From NCBI GenBank assembly GCA_040954595.2, contig CM082580.2, forward strand, positions 13,752,242 through 13,816,241: a DNA stretch of 64,000 bases. Reading direction: 5' to 3'. The translations under genes were made by a program, and so were the position numbers. The notes below the pieces were generated by a model that was not told where the DNA came from, made no database searches, and worked only from the letters and a program-made list of their open reading frames with translations. This document shows, piece by piece, positions 24,356 through 36,300 of the stretch. The DNA comes from Balanoglossus misakiensis (taxonomy: Eukaryota > Animalia > Hemichordata). Each line of letters opens with the position of its first letter. Position 1 is the first letter of the stretch.

Positions 24356-27300
24356 TCACTTTGTGTAATATTGTTGTTGAGGCGCTGGTGGTGGTTGGTC
24401 GTCTGTGACACCGGGTGACGCACTTGATCCGGCAGGTGCAGGGCCCGCTGTTTGTATGCTGGCTTGTGGCTGCCCAGAATGATCCTAGCAGGTGGCGGGA
24501 AAGATATCAACAAAGTTTAGAATTCTGCCTTGCGAAGGGGGAGGGGTAACTGTTTTGGTGCTGTAACATTGGCGGCAAAGTACACCTCACCTATGAGTGA
24601 ACTTTTAACCGTGATGAACACAACGAGATGAGCAAACTCGATATGGTCCGTGTGTTTTGCTGTGGTGCAGTTTACTTGCAATCTAAGTCGAAACTGAGTG
24701 CATAGGCTTACAACCTGCTTGACTGTACAGGATGACAAATTTGCGAGCTCTTGCCAAATCAACCAGCCACTATGAGGACAGGCTTTCTGAGGTGCTCTAC
24801 CTTGTCCACTCAGAAGCAAGCTAGTCTAGAATCTATCCGTTCGTAGTCGCATTCACCCTACTACCGTCTAGGACCGCAGAACCAAAATCTAGTAAGGCCA
24901 TAAAAATGGTAATTTGAATGTGAATAGTCTCCAACTGAGCAATCTGACGTCAAGCGTCACCACGTGATCATGATTATGTATCATTCGGGGCGGAGCTACA
25001 TTGTAAACATAATTAACATTCAACGTCATCACCTCATTAACATTGATAGCCAATCAGTAGTCGGTCAACGTAAGTGATTGACTTCTCTGACATCAGACTG
25101 CTCAGTTGGAGACTATTCACATTCAAATTACCATTTTTATGGCCTTACTAGATTTTGGTTCTGCGGTCCTAGACGGTAGTAGGGTGAATGCGACTACGAA
25201 CGGATAGATTCTAGACTAGAAGCAAGCTTACATGACTGCTCACTTACCTCTAAAGGAACAGTGTGCACCATTTGTTGATAGTGATGTCCAGGGGCCATTG
25301 TGGCATACTGATTCTGAGGGATGTAGGCTGCTGATGCGCCCGATAACTGTATTTGACTCATTTGATTGGTTAATTGAGGCATTATGTTTGTGTGCATGGT
25401 CATGCTGTGGTCCACAGGTGTCATTACAGTCCCCTGGCAAAATACAATTTTGTTTTGCATATATTAGACAATTTTTGCGTGTTGACCAATAAATTATGCA
25501 TACATACATACATAATAAACAAATGATATACATGAATATTTGTAAATGAATTTCATTTTTGCATGAACAGGTTGAGAATTTTTTGAGTGAGAGTGTCTTT
25601 TGCATGATCACATAGCTACCTACATAATCCCGATATACATGTAGAATAATGTGCAAATGTTCTCAGACTTGCATGGACTCGATGTCTTTCTAGCAAACAG
25701 AGAAATCTTACCGGTGACATTGGGGGCTGCATTACATACTGCGGATGGACCGACCAGCCACTGGTTGCAGTGTGTACGGGATAACTGTTGACTTGTGTGG
25801 TGGGCATGGACATGGAATATGGTGGTGTTGTCATCAATCCCGGATGGACCACTCGGTTGGTTGGAACGCTAGAATGGAAAGGATAACTGGGTAAAGAGAG
25901 AGAAGTCTGTTAGTAAAACACCACGGCACACAAAGTTTTAGAGTTTATCGTCTTACAGAATGTCAGTGGAATTATGAGAGATGAGGTGTTGAGTGCAAGA
26001 GATCAAGAGAGTGCATGGAAAGTCACACAAAAGTTGCATTGTGAATCAAACAGAGAATTAGATTATATTATGGCAGATGGAGGCTTACCCGTTTTGTGGC
26101 ATGGTGTTTTGGTCGTAAAGTGCGACAGCGGATTCACCCTCTCGTTGCCACTGTCTCATTTCTTGTTGCTGCTTGTTGTACTGATTCCTCTTCTTGACTC
26201 CCCCGTCGGCAAATTTACAAAGTAGTGGTTCTATTTGTCCTACCGAGCGAGGAAAAAATGTCAAGATTATCAGATCATGCAGTTTGATACTGTGTGAAGT
26301 TTGTCAATGATGGTTTAAGGTAGTATGTATCTTGAAAATCAAAGTCTTCAACTTTTTCTCATATTTTGCTCAAGGCAACTTCAGACCATTCTCTCTTGCA
26401 ATTGAGGGGAAAATAGTGGTCACTGTGTAAAATCTTGAATGATAGAGCAAAACTGTCTCAAATTTGAAATTCAAAATGGCCCCTGATGTCTGTTATCTGA
26501 GTTATTAAAGCACCAACTTCCCCACGTCATGCAATTTCTGGTCTTTCAAAATTAAGCATCTGCAAACATAAACTGTGCCACCTTTAGTGATTACACTACA
26601 CTAAACCACACCTAGTAACTTGGGTTATTCAAAATTTATATTCAAACTCCACAAGACTCTTTCCTCGAACTAAGTACAGCTACAAACAAGACAATTTTAT
26701 ATACAACTATTGATTATATCAAAATCTTCTAGTCTATTTAATGTCCCTTAATGACACTTTCATGCACAGTCAAATTATTTTCCAATAAAAGACTCTTCTT
26801 TATTCCTTATTTCGACAAATATGCATGGACCCTTTTCCTCAGGACACGAGTTATACTGGCACAAGTCAAAGGTCAGGGGTCAATCCTGGGAACAATTCGT
26901 GTTCCCGACTGACTCCAATCAAACTCCAACGTGACATTTTTCAAAACAAAACGTGGGTCACACACACTTTTCTCATGATAAAATACTCCAAAACATTTAG
27001 TAAATGCTATTTGGTTCAGTCTGTGGTGTCAAAAAGTCACATGCACAGGGTAATACGGGTGCAGACAACCTTTTCTGTTCATTGTCAATAAATCTAAGGG
27101 AAAAAAACACTGCCTACTTTAACCATCGTGAAATGACAAAAAACCCATGTGATGGCAAACTGGGATTAGCTGAGTTCATGCTCCGTTTAATTATAATACA
27201 CTAAGACAGCCACCGATGTTAGTGAAATATAAGCCAGAAGAACCGGAACAGCCAAGTTGCCCACAACAGATCAGATCTAGATTGTGACGGGCTCACCTCC

Positions 27301-30300
27301 AAAGAGCATCCCATTAAAATGAGATATTACGGATTCACACGTTTCTGTGGATTCCATTCTACATGAAAGGGAAAAGAGTAGATGTTTTTGTTTAAAAAAC
27401 AAGACAAACACAGATAAATACACAAATGCTACCTCACCTGGTAGATATTTCCCATTAAATTTGGCTATAATGTTTTCACACTTTTCTTTTGATTCCATTC
27501 TGGGGGGAGAGAGAGAAAAGGAATCACGTAATGAACTTGGAGTTGCATCAGTCCATCCACATGACAGCAGATTTACATGAAATTGACAATGCACTGCAAC
27601 ATGGCCATTAAAACAACTATTTTCATCAGCATGACAGACACATCATAAAAAGTTCCTGCATAATAACATGTCAAGAGAGTGAATCAATCTCTTTTGCAAT
27701 AATGACACACAATAATGTTTAACATGATAGTGAAGTTCTGCCCTCAACAATTGACTTCACAGTGTCCATCCATTTGGGACAGACAGAGCAAAAGTTCAAT
27801 GTTTTCTGCAATGCTATCCAAATTACGGTGCCTGTGTTCCTCAACCTGTAAGTAAAATTTTTGTGTGAATATTCATCATGATGCATTGTGAGATCATGTC
27901 AAAATTGAGAAGCATAAACAATGGAGTAGAAACAACAGCAAAAGCTGAGCAAAAGACATGGAAGTATGAAACATACAACATAAGACTAATAAATACATTT
28001 CTGTTTGGTTGCATATGTACATGTTATTTTTGTTTGTACCATGGTCTGCTTAAATAATTTCAGATTCACCTGATGCAAACACACCCAGAGTGTGTTCATG
28101 TACATACCTGGCAAAGCCAACTCCCCTACTTAGATTGGTCTGACTGTCGCGTAATATTCTGGTGCTAACAACTTGTCCAAATGGTTCTAGTAGACTCTGT
28201 AGATCTCTTTCGTCCATTTGTTTTGGTAGATTAGACAGATATAGATTGGTTGGATCTTGTTCTTGTTGCTACGGGTGGAATGAAGATCACTGTATGAAGT
28301 TACATGTATAATGGATTACCATACAGCTACTGCATAATGGCAGTTTTGCTGCAGTGAGATTGAAAGTATATTGCACTTACTGAGTTGCGTGATGTGCTGC
28401 GAGGTGGTGTGGTGTGGTGTGATGTGGTGTGATGCTGATCTTAGTCATAATATGATACATGTATGTTATAAAATGGTGTAGTCTGATGGTATTCTATTTT
28501 ATGAGTAACTGTTTAGGCCAATACCTGAACTTCTCTACAACAAATACACCAGCCAAGTCAAGACCACTTTCGTGCATACACTTGTGCAGGTCAACCCATG
28601 GCCACCATTCAGAAAGTGACCATGTCAACCAATGTAATCATTATAAAAAAAACTTTTTCTGCAAACTCGAAGACTGATGCTTGAGCTGAGAAATACAATG
28701 TACCTTGGCCATTTGTGCTTCAACACCTTGTTGCTGAAGGGCAGTCACGGCTTTCTGTGCGGCTGCAGGATTATCAAAATCCACAAACCCATAACCTGTC
28801 AATCAAAAATAAGGGACTGAAGTTTTGCCCATTTGAGTGAGAACTCTACGAAACATACTTTCTCAAGCCTGCAGTGAGTTCACAGACAAGAGCAAAAATT
28901 TATGAGTTCATGCATTCACTGCAGTAGTTAATAAAAGGGATTGCACGGGTCACTTCAGAGGAAAAAAGAGCTTACGTTTTAAATGTCTTGAAAGACACAG
29001 CAAAGCCTAATTTATGAGGTCCTATTAACGACTGACCGCCACTCTCACATAAAATGCTCACCTTTACATTTATTTGTTGCTTTGTCCAATATTGCTTTTA
29101 CTGAGACTATTTTACCATAGCTGAAAGAAAGCAAATAGAAACACGATTTAGTGGTCTGGGCTGCGGTACTTGGGCTGGAAGGAGAGACTTGGAGGGACTG
29201 GACTGTTGTAGTTGCACTGGCCATAGAATGGGGAGGGCTGCCAGTACTGCAAGTTTTCCCCTGACATCCAAAATATACACAATGATGGAAAAAGAATGTT
29301 TCAGTACAAGGGAAACTTTTGAAAGATGATGGTGGCAGTTCTAAGAATATCTCCCATGCATGTACAACTGGTCATTTGTCGGCAAATGATGACAAATTCC
29401 AGTTCACTAGTTGGCTACTGGAAAACTTTTGCCACAAATCTTAGTTTACTGAAAGACATCAGTATCAGTAAAGAAGTCAGAGTACTGGTGACCCCTGTTG
29501 AACCTGACAAATAATTTTTCCGACATCCATGCTTTATGAAACAAGTCACCGTTAATGATATAGTTCCCACAGGATCAAGTTTTAGAAAACATTGAAGGAA
29601 ACCATGGTGGAACGAAGTTCGTCAAGGTATGTTTGCAAAATGGCCTTGGCAATGATTCTAACAAAGTATTAGCCATGGAACTGTAACATAGACATGTCCT
29701 TGTACCACGTATGAATGAAATCAGTCGGAGCATGTCTGAGTAATGGTTCCACATGGACACATGGATGAACACACAGACGTACAGAGCCCAATCCATTAGT
29801 CTCGGTCAACTTTGTCTGTGGGGGATGAACAACCAGACAGCTGGCGGCAAATAGACTTCAACCAAGAGCCGATCCTGATCCAAGGTTCTGTACAATTAGC
29901 ATCCAAGTCACCTCAACCCAATTTAGAGATGGCAGATAATTGTCTGTGTTGTACCTGATGTGGGTTGTAATTTAGAATGATGGAGTTGTTACCTCATAAA
30001 GTCTAGCATCCCAGAGAGAGAGACAGTGCAGCACAGTTCAACGTTCGGCATCATTTTTGTGGACGTCAGCTTTGTTTAAATGTGTGTCAGGGTATGGGTC
30101 TTTGCTCTAGTTTCTGTACACATGTCTACGTAATTATCGCAGTCTGGACGTCTGCCTAGGTGATTTCGCTCCCATGATTTCCAAGTCTGTCTGTCTACCA
30201 TTTTCTGTCTGTCCACACATCTATAAACTTGTCCATACACCATTTTCTACGTATATCTAGGCATATCATCCATCCATCCATTCATCCATCCCTCAGTACT

Positions 30301-33300
30301 CTGTCTATCTACCAAATATCCATCAGTCAATCTATCCATCAACCTCCAGCCTCAGCCTATATGTATCTGTAATTAATCCCCATTGTACATCCAGCCATAC
30401 CATCCTCCATCTGTCAGTACTCTGTCCATCTACCAAAATATCCAAGTCAATCTACCTATTAACCTCCAGCTTATCTGTAATTAATCTCCATCTATCTGCA
30501 TCAGTCCAGTTCCAACTGTCCACCCGCTGATAAGTGAAGTGTCTGTAGTCCATCTTCCCTCTGGCAGATCAAGTGCCTATCTATCACTTGACATTACTAG
30601 TATGTGTATTTGTCCCACATCCCTTCATCAGTCTGTCCATTGAATCTCATCTTCTCTACCTCTCTACCGTTCCGTCAGTCCATCATCTGTCTTTGTCAGT
30701 TTGACCATGGCTATACTTTGTAGCTGGGCTTGGAGGGATGTTATTGACTTTCAGCACATTCTTCCAAATTCCCTCTTGTGTCCGTCTGTCTGTCTCCCCT
30801 ACACCTTCTTTCCCCTCCATCCCCTCCAACTTTCACTCCCTCCCCCTCTAACTCTTTCTCTCTCTACCCCTCTCCCTCCCTCCCTCCTCTTCTAACTCTC
30901 TCCCCTCCCTCCCCAGAGATACAGTCACATGATGTCGTCCACCAAAGCAGCACCCACTCAACAGTGATTTTTCTTTTTTCCTTGCCCTTTGCAAAACCAG
31001 GCAAGTGTGACTATTCACAAAGGCTGAAATACTCAATACAAAAAACACATACCAGTAAATCTCACACAGTAATTCGGTCAGGTCAACGATCGCCTAGTGA
31101 TTTGAATTACTCACGAGGTCCACAGGTATGACGGATGTAGTCACAGGCTACTTGACTCTATAAACTTATGCTTCAGGTGTGTTCTTTTAAAGTCTACATG
31201 GAATGATTGGGTTGGGTGGGGTGTGGAGCCAAACACAGTGATTAGCAAAGGCTCACCAGAATCCCACCCAAGTATATATGGACATTAAAAACCAACCCAG
31301 AAAGAGTACCAAGCACAGTAAACAACTTCGGCCAATCAGAGAGGAGAACCAAGCATGGTGCATAACTGTGGCCAATCAGACAGAAGTGCCATCCAAGCAA
31401 ACAACTAGACATGGCTGGTGTGGTTGAAAGTCACCAGATCACAATTCGCCATCTCTTTACTGGACCCTGGCACATCAATGAGTTTCAGGGCTGACTGGTT
31501 TGACGTCTTGCACTCAGAACAGATCAAAGGAGACATGCCTGGCCTTTGGGTGTGGTGTTTCATCGTACAAAGCTCACACGGGCGATTCCACAGCATCCAA
31601 TCGATCAGAATGTCACTGATGAAAGAACTCCTAACACCAACGAAGTAGGCATATTGTGTCATCATTTTCTATACACTCAAGAATTAAATGGTACCAACAC
31701 TTCAAAAAGTTAGGCTATCCATCATAATATCTGGTGCTGCTGAAAAGTCCGGCATTAGGTCAACCCATCTTTCAAGGTCACTTCAACATTGCCCCAAAAT
31801 TTGCAAAATTCCACCAGTTTACTCTGCATACCACATTTCAAAGTAATCAGACCAGTGGTTTCAGAGAAGAAGAAAAGGGTTAACAGACGACAGAGAGTGA
31901 CAATCAGCATATCTGATAAAAGCTCCACATCGCTGAGAATAGAGCTAAAAACTGCCAGGATGCCCGATGAAATGACAATACTCTGACCTCTGCTCCGACC
32001 AACTTGCTGCATCAATTGAAATCTGAAACATTTGATATCTGTGAGATGTTTGGACAAAATCCAAACTACCACAAGAATCAATCGCTGTTCATTTCAACTG
32101 GCTATTTAAAGGCCAATTCTAGTCAATTTCATTCATTCAGCAAAACACAATACCCCCAATTGTTTGCATACACACGCAGTAAATACCAGCTCTAATAGAT
32201 GCGTATGGATTTACAGGTTTTAATATAAGCACAGGGCTTGGGTAACTAGGTCTCTTCAGACAGCTTGGGTGACCTTTGTAATACAATGTTTTTGTTGGCA
32301 ATGTTAATTTGCTTTTCACCACTGAGGGAGTCTTCCATCTCCTACTCCGCACTGTTGTTGCCATGGAAATGACAAATGGAAAAGGCCTCCAGAAAAAGCC
32401 ATTGCTTGTTTTCATGTTTTTGAAATGTTACCATGATTAGATGTTTTCCCAGCAGTCAATTGAGTGGGAGATATTCAGCACGACTGTTATTTAGGGCGAA
32501 AAAGTGTGGGTTGCTGGTATAAAATTGTAATCTTTTCTCTGCTTGTAATTCATTTGAAATTATGAGGGCACAGTATACCATGATGAAATCAAAAGAAGAC
32601 ACTGCTTCAATCAACAATTAAAATCAATAACCTTGGGAGAATTACTGTATTACATACCAAATTAACAAGAAAACTTTCTATAGTTTTTTCTAACGTTATC
32701 CACATGAGCTGCTCATGAATTTACCATATGAGAAAAGCAATGGACAATAGATAATAAATCAGATGTACTGATTGATTGATTGAAAACAATCCCACGATTT
32801 GAGGAAGAGAAAGAAGGTAATTTGGGGAAGAACGGGGATTTAGGGATATGAACATTGGTTTCATAAAAAATACTTACGGAAAGCACATATTATGAAGATC
32901 TTGATCCGTGGTATTTGGAGGCAATCTTCGGATGTATAGATTAGTTTTGCTAAGTTGTTCACCCGTGGAATGCTGGGAACTGGATCCACTGCTTCCAGCG
33001 CTCGGGCTTGGTGGGGGCATTGTGCGAGATGGTATATATGTCTGGAATTAACAAAGAAGAAGGAAAAAGAGGAATCTCGTTAGTTTACAAATTCGTTTCT
33101 CTGTTACAGGTAACCATGGTTGCCACTGAAAACATAGAGATGGTGCATGGAAATATTGTTAAGCCTGTATAATTAAATTATGACAATTAGTTAAGGCAAT
33201 ACCACAATTTGTAGCCTATATGATTTTTATGATTTCAAGTGCTGGGTCTTGAGAAATTCCTTCCTTCCACACCGTGGCATGTCATCTTTAAGTGTCATAA

Positions 33301-36300
33301 AATTCTGCCCTAAAAATTGTGCGAAGGTCGTGTCGGTACATGCCCACCTCACCATGAAATCCAAGTGGGGACAAGTGGGTTTGAAGTATCCAACCACCAT
33401 ACATCAGTGACAAAGACTTGATCATAAATCAGTCTCAACAAGCAGAAAAGTCAGTAGTATTTTAGCAAGGTGATTTAAACATTGTGTGTTACCTTGGCAG
33501 ATTTTATAATTACGTGCAACAGAACCATGCAGGTCCAGGTCCACCACTGGGTGATGTCGATTAAAAATATTCAGGGGGTAGCTGTTGAAGGGGGGATAGG
33601 ACGGGGGAATTTTCTTTGCATTTTGCTGATGATGAAAAAGTTACACAAGAGAACTCTGTCGATTGCAAGTATTTTATCCCCATTCATGAAGATGGTAGAT
33701 ACCACACCTCCTCTGCATGCACCATAAAACTAAATCCTACCACTGCAAAGTCTGCATTTCTTTCATCAAGTTTCACAACTGGCATTAAATGATCGGATGT
33801 CTGACCTGGGATGTAATTGTGACATGATGCTGTCACAAAATGCCACCATAACAAATAACCTTTCAGATAAATCATGCCATCCTGTTTGGTTGGCTATTAT
33901 CTTTTTTATGTGTGATTCTTCCGGAGGAAAATGACAATTATTTTCAGTATATCATGTGATTTTTTATAGTTAAACCTTGCTCAGACACTCTGGTAAACTT
34001 TAATTTACTGACAGATGGCTGACAAAGCCCTTCGGCAAAGAAAAGTACAATAAAGTGACAAAAGTTGAAATTCACACTCTTTTGCCGAGCACACGAAGAA
34101 AGAGAAGTGTCTCATGTGAAAAGTGCTGAGGCTCATTTCATCAGTGACCTTCAACTTTGACCTCGTCCTCAGATGCCCGGCCCACCACAGGCCCTTGGTA
34201 TGTAAGTTCTGTGCTGCTAAAGTTGGGTCAATAGCAACAGTGTTTCTCTCTCAGTATGTTGACCCAGACCTTTGACCTGGCACTTATAATCAGCAAACGG
34301 CACCCCATCGGAAAGTACATCTTTTTGTGTCAACTGGGAAAACAATGTTCCTGAAGTTCCCAGTAGACAAAATACGGGAAGCGCTAACACCAGTAACAGA
34401 TGATACATTAAATACACGTATAAACCACGCCCTGAGCAGGGTATAATTGAAAATGTTAATAAACTTCTGGTCATTAAAAATGTTGTGTGTAATTGCCATA
34501 AACGGTTTAAAAATTGCTTCCCAGCTGAAGTTACAGCCCTGTTACCATGGCATTAAAGTCTCACTGAAATCACACTCAGAGAAACAGCTGAAATCTAACG
34601 AGAGAAAATCTGTCTTGCTGATGTTGTGGACATGAGTTTCTTACAACAATCCTCAATCAATCGTTGATCTGACTTTGTTCCAGGGCCAGCTGTTACGAAA
34701 AGATACACAGATAACATAATCACCAAGACATTTACATCTAATCTGATAGGAACCTAGGGCCCTGGGCTCATTTTTAATTAAACGTCCATGTCTTTATACT
34801 TCAACCTGACAACACCCATGATCGCCTGTATATTTTTGGCAGAGTTGGACACCAGGCTAGTGCCAATGACCTTCTGAGATATTCCTCCCTGATGCCAATT
34901 TGCACACATGCTGGCATTGAGATTAAAACCCAGCATAATCGCTTCAACAAGGCAGTGTGTGTGTATTATTTGCTTACAACAGTTTAGTTAAGTAACCCCT
35001 GGATTTAAACACATATGGACAAATGTAATACTCTTTGCTCTGGTGATAATTTACAGCATTTATTTTGCAAAGGAGTGTTTCTCATTTTTCACCCACTTCC
35101 AGAATCTACCACTTGACCTCTGACCTCAACCGACCTACCCAAAATACCATCATGGACCACTCCGCCAAGCAAATAGATGAAAGTGGAGATAAGGGCTGTA
35201 TCAGCTTCCATAATTTGTTTCTGGAATGTTTCATTTCTGACAACTTGGTATTATTAACTACCGTCTCTCTTTGGGAGAAGAACAAAAATCCAGCAATCAA
35301 TTTCTGTAAAGATATACAAACGTACATATCACTCCACCAACAAGTCAGAAAGTAGTTCCTTGCTGAGATTGGTCACTAAATGAAAATTATACAGCAGACA
35401 ACTTCTGCTATTAGTGTTATGTGCACTATTCGCTCTCTGAGTTCTTCAAATAGCAAGTCGTCGCATCAGTGCAAAACAATCGCACCAGTATATTTCCATA
35501 TTTTTTAAAGGAAAGCCAAAAATCTGATGTAAATATTAAACGGGCAAGTTCCTCCGTTGGCAAATGCTGTCTTTTAGAAAATCAATTTTCCAGGTCTTGA
35601 TATTTATATTTTCTGCTTGCTAACATGTACTGCCATTACTTGAAAATCAATTTTTGCGCTCATACAAATTTGTACACATGCATGCAGATACGACGTTTTT
35701 GCACTGACGTGATGAAGTGATCGCAAGTCTATCATTCAAGAATGCAGTAGCTACACAAGTGCACTGTGGGAGTGGCAACCAAACCTAGAGCAGGCCTGTA
35801 CTTGACTTGACCCCCTACAGAGATTTCTTTTACCTGGTGTGACCTCTTATATGCCACTGAAAATGACACAACCTGCACAGCAGTATGGTACTTTCATGAG
35901 GCACTCAAAATGAGACAATCCAGGATCTGAAATTTCGCAGTTACTGAATTACGAATCATCGTTCATGAAGCAAAACTACATTTCATTCAATGATCAAGGC
36001 TAGCCGCAGAACTGTCGTCTTATCAGTTTTCCCTACCTTCATAAATGCATGAATAATTCGCTTATCTGCCTCCATAAAAAGACCACAACTGATCAGGTTG
36101 CCATGGCAGCAGACTTTGCAGCCCGGCATGCCCTTGTCATGGGAACAATAAAAGTGATAAAACATCAGTTTTCTCCCTCTTTTCTCTGTCAGCAGTGACC
36201 ATTACGAGGTCTTTCGGTCAACATTCCGGACGCCCCAGGAAATTAATCTGTAAATGACCTGGCATAGCTGCTACACTGTAAACCCCATACATCAAATAAA

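Noticed and set aside
26315-26485. Possible TTAA-flanked (Kolobok-like) transposon fragment starting ttaaggtagtatg
   Set aside because: No matching second terminus or TSD found; it needs a repeat-library search.
28369-28390. TATTGCACTT resembling the 5' end of miR-92
   Set aside because: The match ends after 10 nt and there is no precursor hairpin.
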